Assembly (NCBI GenBank): GCA_002189035.1
Contig: CM007989.1
Location: 8,438,018-8,502,017, forward strand
Reading direction: 5' to 3'
DNA length: 64,000 bases
DNA from: Utricularia gibba
Taxonomy: Eukaryota > Plantae > Magnoliophyta
Shown here: positions 1 through 10,878 of the stretch, one piece after another
Position numbering within the stretch: position 1 is the first letter of the stretch
Layout of the letters: every line of letters starts with the position of its first letter
The notes under the pieces: model-generated
What the model saw: only the letters and a program-made list of their open reading frames with translations
What the model was told of the DNA's origin: nothing
Databases searched by the model: none
Made by a program: the position numbers and the translations under genes

Positions 1-159
1 CTGTGCCGGACCCCCTTCATTCCTGTAGATAGACAAGACGCCTTCAACGAGCGCCTCTGGATGGCCGTGGGAATTCCCGATCTCAGTTCCGATTACCCCC
101 GATCACCCCATCCGGATTCCTGTAGCTCCGCGAATTTCTTTTTCGACCGACTCGTGTAA
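1..159 (+). CDS. RING-H2 finger E3 ligase, BRH1-like (3' end only; starts upstream of the window)
   Basis: Frame 1 reads LCRTPFIPVDRQDAFNERLWMAVGIPD...DRLV* (TAA 157-159). This matches the C-terminus CPLCRTPF.P..MQE.FN.RLW.ASG.PD of BRH1-type RING-H2 proteins. Confidence 0.75.
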   Translation: MCRTPFIPVDRQDAFNERLWMAVGIPDLSSDYPRSPHPDSCSSANFFFDRLV

Positions 160-653
160 CAAGGGCATTTAGGAGAACTCGGGTTCATATTCACTAACTA
201 ATCTGCAGGCAGCAGGCTCCATTCCATATCACAGGCACTACTGTCATCAACACAGAAAGAGCAATTCCAATCTGCAACTATCCACCACAACACACCCCAA
301 GTTCTACTTTTCAATACCCAGATGCGCAGCTCTTCGCTCGTGTGGTCTGGTCTCGCAACTACAAATAAAAAAAAAAAAAAGGGGGGGAAAGAACAGAAAA
401 GACCTTTTTTTCTCCATTTTTATTGCAGCAGCATGTGGCGAGCGAGGGAGTTATCAGGAAGGTGAGACTGGTAGTGATAATGCGTGAACAAGTTTCAGAG
501 TTTGTTAGATGAGGCGAGGACCAATTTTCGAGGGAGTAGTTGAGCATGGGACCGAAGCAATTATCTGCCTGCAGTAATATCGACAAACAGACACTGCAAG
601 GACACCAAGAAAACCAGACTTTTATGCGCTCAGGTGAGACGGAGGAATCATCA

Positions 654-818
654 TTAGGTTCCCTCCATCTTCTCACACGCTAAGTAGCTCGCCTCCATGG
701 CACCCCAAACGCAAACTTCACCAGACGGAGGATCCTGCTGTATGGTACTCATAGTGCGCCACAAATTGCGGTAATTCTGCCGCAACTGCATCTTTTCCGG
801 CGACGCCTGAGTTGCCAT
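654..818 (-). pseudogene. PLAC8-family (At1g63830/At4g23470-type) N-terminal remnant
   Basis: MATQASPEKMQLRQNYRNLWRT-MSTIQQDPP matches EKM.LRQ.YRNLWHTDLM.TI..D.PYCC but lacks the DL dipeptide and the Cys motif. It is followed by stops, with no intact downstream exons recognisable. Confidence 0.6.
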
Positions 819-1207
819 TTCGGATACCGACTCCAATCCCCTGCCTGGCTTGACTGAATCAGATATCGGCGGGGAATGTATTTGGAAGAGGGAAGAAAGG
901 AAGGGCGATTTTTGGAATCCAATACAGCCCTTGCACGTGGCAGAAATGGGTCAAGCTTCCTGTGTACTGGAGGTCAGTTGAAACTTCAAAGGTGAGTAGT
1001 GTTTCAAGGTGGATAATCATGACTGGAATTTCACTCAGATTGCAACAAACTCCTGAACTTCCACAAAAGTAAAAGAGGAAACGATGCAACCCATGCGCCA
1101 TAGACGGTATTCCCTATTCATACAAAGAATTCTTACACTTGCATTATCTTTGTTTCTTTCACTCTCTCGTGTCTCTTTAGGTCTCTAAGATCTAAGACAA
1201 TGAACAA

Positions 1208-2205
1208 CTATCTTGCAGAACCCAGGGTGTAAACCATTTCCTGCATTTCATTGCAATGACCAAAAAAAGGGGGGATTATGCTAAGCAGACTTTGGATTCC
1301 GAGAGATATTTGGCACCTGAATGTACCTGATCACAAACTGGGCATGTATTGCTTCGTTCCATCCATTCAAGAATGCAAGAAAGGTGGAAGTGGTGGTCAC
1401 ATTTTGTTGGAATCTTCGGGTTTTCGGCATTGTATTCTGCATTCAGAACCAAGGATAAAGGAATTCAGGATCGAACTGAGAAACATGTGGAGAAAAATAC
1501 AGGGGGGAACAGTGTGTTCCGTAGCACCTTCAAGACAAGTGGGACAGACATCTTCCTCGTCTTGGAAAAGCAACGAGACATCTGACTTTTTCAAGTTATC
1601 ATCTTTTTGAAGATTGACTTCCTTGGTTGAGTCCAAAACATCATAAGTTCCAGCTGTTTCATTGGAATCCAGTTTCTTTATCTTGGCCATGATGGTGCTA
1701 TTGGGATTCAACTCTTCAGCAGGCTGAGTATCGCTGCTCTGGGAGATTACTTTCGCCTTCCGTCCACAGATTAGATTTTCCGAGGCTGCATATTGTAGGA
1801 CATCCATTTCATACGGTACAGGGGCAGGAGGAGGACGATAAGTGTCTGGGGTTGAAGTGTCGAGATTGGTATCCACCAAAAGCCCACCAGGAAGAGTAGG
1901 TATAGTTGCATTACGCGATGAGGGCTCAACTTCTTCTGATACTGCATACTGCATTCAAATTTGTAACTATATTAGAAAAGGAAATTCCACATGTCTCCAT
2001 CAATGGTTGGCTATCTTATTACCAGGAACAACACAGAGAAATACTTTGCAAGATAAAATATTCTGCTCGTTCAGAAAAAAATAACAGGGACGAAACTACA
2101 CATTTTCCTCCTGAGAAGAGACGAAGCTAGTGATCTCACATGAACTAATGTTGATGAGCTGGTAGCTTCAGAGCTCCTGGATGCACAGCAACAACAGCCA
2201 CCCAT
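1208..2205 (-). CDS. RING-H2 E3 ubiquitin ligase (At3g02290/At5g41350-like), 4 coding exons
   Basis: N-terminal MGGCCCC and the GLLVDTNLDTSTPDTYRPPPAPVPYE motif. The spliced RING reads EEDVCPTCLEEYNAENPKIPTKCDHHFHLSCILEWMERSNTCPVCDQ; the last exon reads EMVYTLGSAR*. GT-AG junctions are in phase. Confidence 0.9.
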
Positions 2206-3690
2206 TTTTTGCACGCACCATCCAGTGGAAGGCACCACAGGCTCGGCTGTCCAATTCTCCTTCAGATAGAGATGTGAAAAACTCAATATGCAGTGACATA
2301 TCCCGTTCACTTTCATCATCTGGTGTTCACAGCTATTCAATCATGAATATGTTTACAGACAATTTCAAAACTTAAAGAATGATTGTTCACTAGTAAAGAA
2401 AATTATTACTTTAATAGAACAAGGTGTAGGATTTCTGTACTAGTGTAAGTTTCAGGGTACGTGTGAGAGCAGCGAACAGATTTTTGTAGACACACTAAAG
2501 ATACAGAAAATAAAGGTAAAATAGCCAGTTACTGATGCATACGTTACCCAACTTCTCCGCCTCATACTTGGAAGTACAATCCGTTAACTGGACAGAGAAA
2601 ATGCTCTACTAGGTACATAGAAAACCAGCCATAAGGAAGCAAAGTAATTGAACAGCGTGCCAGGTTTGACTGGATATTTGGACACTTTTAGAACTCAAGA
2701 TTTAATCATCCCAACTGCTGTGAATTGTTCATGAACACAAACCAAAAAAAAAAAAAAAAAAAAAAAACATAAAAACAGGATATGTGAATTTTCACTAATT
2801 GCCTTTTCTCCAACTCTCCAAGTAATGATATCAGCCCAAAGAGTCAATACCCTCGCACTCAGTATCCAAGGGAAAAAGTAATGATAAGCGCCTGGTGTAT
2901 GCACGAGGAAAAGCTAAAACAATGGATAGGCATCAAGATACATAAAAACACCGAAAGTCTGACATAAATACTTCAGCGGTAGAAACTGGGGGTGAATTTA
3001 AGAGAATATGCGGCGAAATCCTGAAAAAAGAATCATATACATAAAGATATAACAGATTCTTCTTTTTTGTCTTAACTCACTGGCATGAGAGTGATTCAAT
3101 ACGAAACTATTGAACATCCGCCACGACTCTTCATCAGTCTGTTGGAATTAATAAAGTAGCACTTCTTCCCCTCCACAATCATCCAATCAATACACTCCCA
3201 CAAAAAAAGAAAAAGCATGCACCCAATTACCATAACACCAGGAATCTGGACATGAATTCCCAGGTAAATCACCACAAGAAGTCAATGAACTTAAAAAAAT
3301 CAGTGCCAGTTTAGCATCCGCGGGTGCTTGCAACACCACATCATGTCCATGAACACACACGCGCGCGTGCCCGAAAAGGTAACAATCCAGGTACACAAAC
3401 ACACACACAGACACACAAGCAGGCATATGCATGTTTTACCTCAGAGTTTGGAGTGAACCCAAACAGTCGCCTTGTGCGGTAGCGTGAGGGAGGAAGACGA
3501 CCAGACCAGAGAGACAGCTGCAGGGAGCTCAAGGAAATTCTTCACATGATTAGGAAAGCGGATTCGATGGTATTGGTCATTGGAGTGGAGCTCATCATTC
3601 AAAAAGCCACAAAACGAAGAATTTTGGAGATTATTTTTATACGGAATAATGCCAAAAAAGAAGAGGAGGGAATCAATAAATAAACAGCTA

Positions 3691-3796
3691 TGGGCTGGGC
3701 TGATCCATCAAGCCCGTATTTAGTATAAATATACACAGAAAATACCCAATTTATTTATCTTTTTAAAAAATCAATCGATCAATGGGCTTCTGGGCC
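3691..3796. promoter_or_regulatory. Cluster of site II elements (TGGGCY) upstream of the RING gene leader
   Basis: TGGGCT at 3691 and 3783 and TGGGCC at 3791. Site II motifs are known TCP-binding elements of plant promoters. Confidence 0.45.
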
Positions 3797-4498
3797 GCAC
3801 TATGCATACAACCGTGCCCTGCCCTGCCCTCTAGAAGCCCATTTACAGCCTCGTTCCCGAAGCACGATCCTTCTGGAACCAACTCCAAATAAGCCAAGGA
3901 AGAAGACGACATCGTTGCAGTGGTTGTGTTGTGAAAGGTAGATACAAAAGAACAGAATGGGGGGCTTAAACCAGCCGCGTTGGGGGAAGGGCAGCACACG
4001 CGAGTATGTTTCCAAAGACTGAGTCTGATGCTCTGGATTCAGTAGGGAGTATCATAGACGGCTACGCAGAGACAGGAATTCTGATCCTGTGGGTAGAAGA
4101 AATGAATGTAGGATGTAGAAGAAAGCGGTGGCCTTTTTTATGGGCGGAGACGATCACATGGAGGAGGCATTTCAACGTGGGGTTGGATTTATTCATTATG
4201 GCACTGAACTGATATCAGTGGTCATCCTGGATGCGCTATCCTAAACACAAAAACTAGAAAAAAAAAACTCCATTTTGGTAGAAAATGTGTCGGAGATTTT
4301 AAGGAAACGATGATTCGGGCGCCCCGCTCCATTGGAGTACTCGCTTCTTTTGTTTTCTGATCAGTTGCTCTGGTTATTCAGCAGTGGGACTCCACTCCCG
4401 CGCAGTCCACTAGCAGAGTACACTCTGTTCCCAGGTTTTGTCGTCTCCAATGACAAATGAAGGCAAAAAAGGTGTTGTTCGTTCTAGCCTGGAGTCTA

Positions 4499-5246
4499 TG
4501 TAGGATTAAATACTTAAAATAACACCAAAAATAGATAAACAGCAATAACATGACTGATCTTGATTAATTGTTTTCGCTTGTTTTGCTAAAGCATTAAAGA
4601 ACACAAGTCAATTTTAACGTGGAAACCCTTACGGGAAAAACCATGGGTGAATCCTCACCAGGTCTAGGAAAATTCATTAAAGCAACGTTTGAGTACAAGA
4701 GCAATACAGCTCTGTCAATCAGCTTGAATAATCAAGCAAAATTGATACAACCAGATTCCTGAAGTAACGAAAAACCTTAAAGAGAATTGATTGTCGTACT
4801 CTCTTCGATTCAATCAAGATCGAAACGTCATCGAGATAATCTGAGTAAGAAGAAAATTGCTCCTGACTTTCTTTTCTTCATAACTTTATGCTCTGTGCAC
4901 CTATGCACCTACCGCAAGAGGCAGAGCCAACTGTCTTTTTATTCCTCTTTTTTTCAGTTATTTTCATAACCGTCGAAGCCCAATCTATTGTTCGTTCTGA
5001 TATTGGACAGAGTCATTTCAACTGGATTATTGGGATGTATTATTAGTGTTTCCAGCCCAACTGGATTATTGGGATGTCTTATTAGTGTTTCCAACCCAGT
5101 CTGGCATAACAACCCAATCCAGAATTCTCAACCCATAGATGACTTCTTCTGCGTCATCATACTCAAACATTAGAAAAGAAAAAAGTTCTGTGGGATTAAG
5201 GAAGGAGATTTCCATCCTTAATTAATCCACTGTTCAGAAAGTAACA
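4499..5246 (-). mobile_element. Ty1/Copia solo LTR (~748 bp)
   Basis: TGT...ACA termini; flanks GTCTA/GACTA (4 of 5 match, degenerate TSD). The minus strand carries the Tnt1-like U5 motif GGTTTTTCCCGTAAGGGTTTCCACGT ~130 bp from the 3' end. No PBS or PPT is adjacent. Confidence 0.7.
5019..5096. repeat. 39-bp tandem duplication inside the LTR
   Basis: CAACTGGATTATTGGGATGT(A/C)TTATTAGTGTTTCCA(G/A)CC occurs twice, at 5019-5057 and 5058-5096. Confidence 0.9.
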
Positions 5247-7254
5247 GACTATTTCAAAGATTGCAGCTTCTCCATCTTGTCAAAGAAGTGATCCTACAAG
5301 TTGCCGTAAGGAGGTTCATTACCTTTTCCAGATGCAATGCCGCCAGGGAGCTGCGGCGCCGTGCAACCGAAGCACTGGAAGCCACAGATCAAGAGCTGGT
5401 CACCCCTGTCCAGAAATGGTTGGACAAGTCATGGTGCTGGGTTACATTTCTAGATGCTCAACTAAATCCCAGCGTCTGGCAGGAGCTGGTTTTGACAAGA
5501 GCCAGAGTTCTGGAAATCAGGGCGAAGCTTATGCTCAGAAGCGGGATGCTCGACGTCGAAGAGGACCTCATAAGGAAAGATCCGAAGACCACTGAAATTG
5601 TTGTTAGTCATTTTTTTTTTTTATTATGTTTCGGGTCCAAGTTCCTCTTCTCCCTCCCAGATTGAACAAGTTAACATACGCTTTGCCTCCCCTGTTAGTG
5701 ATGACAACTTCGTGCATTGGCATGCACAAGATGAACAGACAGCAGTCCTTCCATAATGCAATATTTCCCCTCGTTTTCATATGATTATCAAACACTGGAA
5801 CTGCATAAATAAGCAAATGGGACCCTGCCCTTAGCCTAGAGGCAGCTAGCATTCCTATGGAAGAACGCAATTGTGTTTTCTCGGGTCCAATCCACTGCCA
5901 GCTCATGCGACCACAGCCACACACATTTTCTTTTTGTAATGTAGCCTCTGCAGATGAGATTGGGCAGGCTGGCGGGGATTCCATCAGCTCCGGGGAACAC
6001 ACAGATGAGATGCCATGTGGTTGATTATGCAAACGAGCGATATTCCACAAAAACAATATTCATCATACAGGGAAAGGAGAGAAGTGATAAGGAGAAGGGA
6101 CGGGTGCGGGACAGCGAAGATGGGCGTCCACCGGTGAACCCACTCCGGCCAAATGATTTGTTACTGGGGGTGAGTGGAGGCCACAGCAAGGGTCAATACT
6201 TAATGCGGGTGGGGTGATGGGGTCCCGTCCCCCGGTCCCCCTTCAACCAGCGACGATCCAGACTCTGCCTAATACTCTCTTCTTATAAAAACAATTCGCC
6301 TACGTCTATTACACGGATCTTGAGGAGATCTTCTGACGTTGTATTCTGCGTACGGGGTGTACACGTGCCAATGCCATTCGCCGGAGCCGTAACTTGCAAT
6401 ACAGTTACTGGTTCCTCCCGGAGTCCTGATTATGGAGTAAATGTGAATTGTGCACCGCACAGGGGACCGCTTCGTACTAATCATGAATGAGTGAGTAGTT
6501 GATCATTCCGCAATAATTCCGTTACCTTTCCCTTTTCTTTCATTTTCATGTTACTGTATGCGAAAAAAAGAACCCGTTAATGACGGCCATGTGATGATCA
6601 TTACTGCTCTGAAAAAGCTTACCACTTTGATTCTGCCTTTCTAGGTGGTGTAGCACAACTGTAACAGAGAACAAAAAAAAGGCTTAACCGGGATGGAGAG
6701 GGAGGAGGGAGATGAGTCCCCTGAACTGTAAGAAACCCAGCCCACGGGTTGAAGGGTACCAACCAGCTGACACTTTGAGCAGTAGTAATAATGCTATGGA
6801 GCGGTGTCAATGTCAGGGCATTCATAAATTATGTTCTTTAGCGCAAACATACAAGTGCATACGATCAAACTTCCACATGATGAATGCTTTCACACTGCCC
6901 AGGATGTTTTGCCTCTTTCTGAAGAATTTCCCTGTTGCACCACGAGGAGCTTTGCTGATGTAGATTAGTTTGGAATCTTATGATTTGTTTTTCGGGCATC
7001 GTGAAAGAATGTTTTTTTTTTCACGAACGAGATTTCTGGCTTTGCGGGTCACATGATGGTGTGAAGTGAGAGACTTTGAGGGTAAAAGCTGCTCTGTTCT
7101 GAAGCTTTAGCTGCTGCATGTGAGTGGATTTTGCGTACCAACTATTTGATGAATTGCGCTGACTTGTGTCGTTTTTCATGTGTTTTTCTTGTTGTTTCTT
7201 GTTGCAGTTTTGGATGCTCTCTCATGAGGTGTTTTTCAGTGCCATCCATTTCTC

Positions 7255-10200
7255 ATGGAAATCATGTCAGCACAAATCGTAGGGACGAACAAGGACACAG
7301 AGTTGAAGTTCATGTGGGGATTGTATGGTGTTCCTGACCCTTGCCAAGGGCGGCCTCTCGGCTGCGATTCCCCATCCGATGGATTTCATGTTCACAGGCA
7401 TTCTACTGGTACAACTTCTCAATCCCCAATCTTGTTTTTGTAATTGAGGAAACAAGTTCCGGCTCTCATTACAAACTCGATGACTTCAGCCCCTTCACTC
7501 TTGAGAGGTAGTATCTTGTGCTCCTAGTCACTGTGGCTATGAATTTGCTAGTTTTAACCGTACCAGTTTTAAAAAGTGGTGGTGGTATGGTGTTTAATGC
7601 ACTTTATGTAAGCCTTCAAGAGTGCTTAAGTGCTGGTACTTTATGTACCACAATTGAGTTTAATAGTTACAGCATGTTGCATAAATGCTCATGGGTAACC
7701 TTTCGTTTCATTCATGAGTACAGTCCCGAAGCTTAAAGACGTGTGCTTTGTTTTTTTTTTTTTTTTTTTTTTTGGTATGGTGTTTTTTGCTTCTGCTTTT
7801 AGAAAAAAAGGCAGTGATTTAAGGCCTTCAATCGTAAAAAACTGTCTATGAATGATGCATGTTTCAAGGCCATAAATGGTGGTATCTTGAGTGGGCCTCA
7901 ATAAATATCACTAGCTCACAACCATCTTTAAGTAGCATTCACTGCAAGGTCTGATGAATGACTGGCAAATTAGAATATTACTGGTTATGGTTGTAACTAA
8001 ATTTGTTGTTCTGAGCAGATCACTGTGGAAAGCTCACCCATTCTGCTAACTTCGATGAGGAATGCCGGAAGATTCAAGTACTTGTTCTTCTAAAATGTCA
8101 TGCTTTGCAGCAGAGAAACATCTTGAACTAACATCTGTGTATCTTTTTTTTGTTAATTCAGAGCAGGCTGAAGAACTCGGCTAGTGCTGATTTGAATGAT
8201 ATCGGTGATCGTCATGGAGCTCGAGAGTTAGCTAAAATACAGCCGCGAAGAGCTGGAATGGGCAGTGGAATTGCTGATTGTCGTCTGGTGAAAGATTCCC
8301 GAGGAGCAAGAAGGAACAACAAAAGAGATGATGTCGAGTCATCTTTCTGTCATTTGGCTTCAACTTCAGCCGAAATGCGAATGAATAAGCTTGCAGTTGC
8401 AGCACAGAGTTTTCAGGAAGAGAGTATTCTTTCCAAGTTCCCCCTAAGGGATATTCATCATGGAAACTGCGATGTGATTGATGGGATCAGCATGCAGATG
8501 AAGGCGAAATTTGTTGTAGATCAAGTTTTTCTTGCTAGAAAGTACATCCATGAAGCAGGGATGAGGTCTCAGTCATATTCATTCAGGAGTTCACAAATGG
8601 GTCATTTTGTCTCTGAAGAGCCAGGCGTTTGTATTGTAAGAAAGATCAAGAGCTCGTCACAGCGACCTCTACAAAATTTAGCTTCAAAACTTGATGCTGA
8701 TGAAGGCCTGGCCCCTGGTGGTTCTATGACCAAGGCTACTGGAAAAGTCATTATACAGAAACCAGTAGACGAAGTTTTCGAGGGAATATCCTGCAATTGT
8801 TCATCGTTGACGTCCAAAACCTTGCGAGGAACAACGCACGCAAAAGCTAGTCATTTCTCCTTCAAGCAAATGCAGAGAATGCTGAAACATGCTTTTGATG
8901 GGACTGCAAGAGATATCAGGCTCTTCTCAGGGAGTTGTTCTTCTGATGGAGTCTCTGAAGGCGGAAGCTCTTCTTTGGTGAAAATCATGGATTCTCATGC
9001 TTGTTCCACCAAAAGGGAGGATCCATCGATGAAAAATATGAAGAAAAATCACAAATGTGTTTCTACTGTGACGCACTCGGTTGGTGAGGAAAGGGCAATA
9101 TCTAGACGGAAGAAACAGAAACTTGATATACTTTCAGAGGCCAAAAGACAACTTTCACTTCGATGGAATAACAGACAATGTGAGGAGAGACTCCTGAGTA
9201 AACAATCTTCAAAAGCATTACAACAAATCCTTTCTTCACATGAGTGTGACTTAAGGTCCATTGGCCCAAGAAGGGATTGCACTTTTGGTTCCCCTCAGAT
9301 GATAGGTAGTGTTCGCAGCATCTCTGGTAGAATCATGGACTCTCGTACTCGACAACGGAACGGAAGGGAAATTGCTAGGTTGTGTGCATTAGCAGCAGAG
9401 ACAGAGGTTTCATCTGCTAATGGTTGCTACATATGGGAGTCAGGGACTAGTGCAAAGGCAAGCTCTCAAGCTTGGAGACGTGATGAAGTCATGCATAGTA
9501 TAAATCACCTAATTGGAGAAAACGTCAACCCTCAAGGTAAAAACATGGGAGTCACTGGTGTGACAATTTTTTCTTTTTTTCTTTTTTGCCTTGAGAGCAT
9601 GGCTTTTTGGGCAGTGAGACGTAGTGCAACCTGTTTAAACATTTATCAATGGTTCGCTATGTCTCTACAGGTCCCTCAAACACTATGAATTCACAAGGCC
9701 ACTCTCGTATGTTGAAATTTTCAAGGGAAATGAACAATGTCACCAGAGTCACGGAACCAGAGAAAATTGATTCATACAAAGAAAGTCCAGTACACTCCGT
9801 ATTGGTATTTAGGAGCTTCTTTAATAATCCAATCATGTTTTGAAATCTTCTCTCTCAGTGGTTGATCGTATGCTTCTCAGGATTCACTCTCGGAGAATGA
9901 AGTGTCCACATCTACCACGGATGATTTTTCATCTACTTCTTCAAGCATCCACCAGTTGTCTGATGGCCTTAAACACCACAAAGAGCATCGGAGCCCGACT
10001 TCTGTTCTTGAGCCGTTTCTTGTAGAAAATGGTGTCACCTCAAACGAAGAAGGTCAGCTGAAAGCTTCCTCCACACCCCATATCATACAAGCTCAAAGAA
10101 AAATGAAACCTTCATTGATCACAGTAACACCTGCAGGTGAACTGCAGCCACTTCATCTTTTGTTTGAGGATGAGTGCTCATCAGAGCCATTTCCTGAGAA

Positions 10201-10714
10201 CAAGCCACAGCTTGAAGCTCCATGCACAGAAGAGCAAAACCATCTCTCTCAGTATGTGCATATAGTGCTGCAAGCTTCTGGCTTAAACTGGAATGAGCTA
10301 TCAGAAATCGAGTTCCCACGGGAACAGCTTCTTAAAGATTCATTATTTGAAGAAGTGGATTTCACTCCGGATCATTGCTGTTTCGACACCAGGCTCCTGT
10401 TTGATCACATAAATGAAGTTTTGATAAAGATACACGAGTCCCGTTTGATGTCTGTGGGTAAACTCCGATTCTTAAAACCGAAATCAATGACCGCACCTCT
10501 TGCTATAGCTCTGATAGATCAGATCAGGACAGAAGAAAGCTTCTATTTCCCTCCTCGGACAAATAGGAGAACCTTGGATCAGTTAGTTTCAGAAGATGTG
10601 AGGAAATGTGCATCATGGCTTGACATTAAAGTCGACATGGGAATTGTAGTAGACATCTCTGAAGGTGTGCTCAATGAGTCTATTCTCGACATGCTTCTTG
10701 AGTTTATTGACTGA
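7255..10714 (+). CDS. TON1-recruiting motif (TRM)/LONGIFOLIA-like protein with DUF4378 (5' exon structure uncertain)
   Basis: N-terminal FMWGL, large exon with KVIIQKP and HFSFKQMQRMLKHAF, SPTSVLEPF motif and a C-terminal DUF4378-like region (LLFDHINEVL...LDQLVSEDV...WLDI...ISEGVLNESILDMLLEF). Confidence 0.75.
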
Positions 10715-10878
10715 AAACTTAATTTTCTCCTCTATTCGATGGGAGGAATGTGCATATTTAATCTTTTCATTTTGGGGCTTATAGGTTCGTTCTCCTGGCT
10801 GTATCTTTAGATTCTTTGGGGATCATGAACTTGAGAATGAAGAAAAGAAAAGAACATTTGATCAACTCAGCAACACCA

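Noticed and set aside
3081-3140. CTGATGA followed by a hairpin (TTCAATA-GTTTCG-TATTGAA) on the minus strand, suggesting a hammerhead ribozyme or snoRNA
   Set aside because: No GAAA core or stems I/III. The segment is better explained as a leader exon bounded by AG/GT.
5604-6056. Minus-strand 150 aa ORF with CGCGRMSWQ, possibly a MuDR SWIM finger
   Set aside because: The CxH half of the motif and any other transposase signature are missing.
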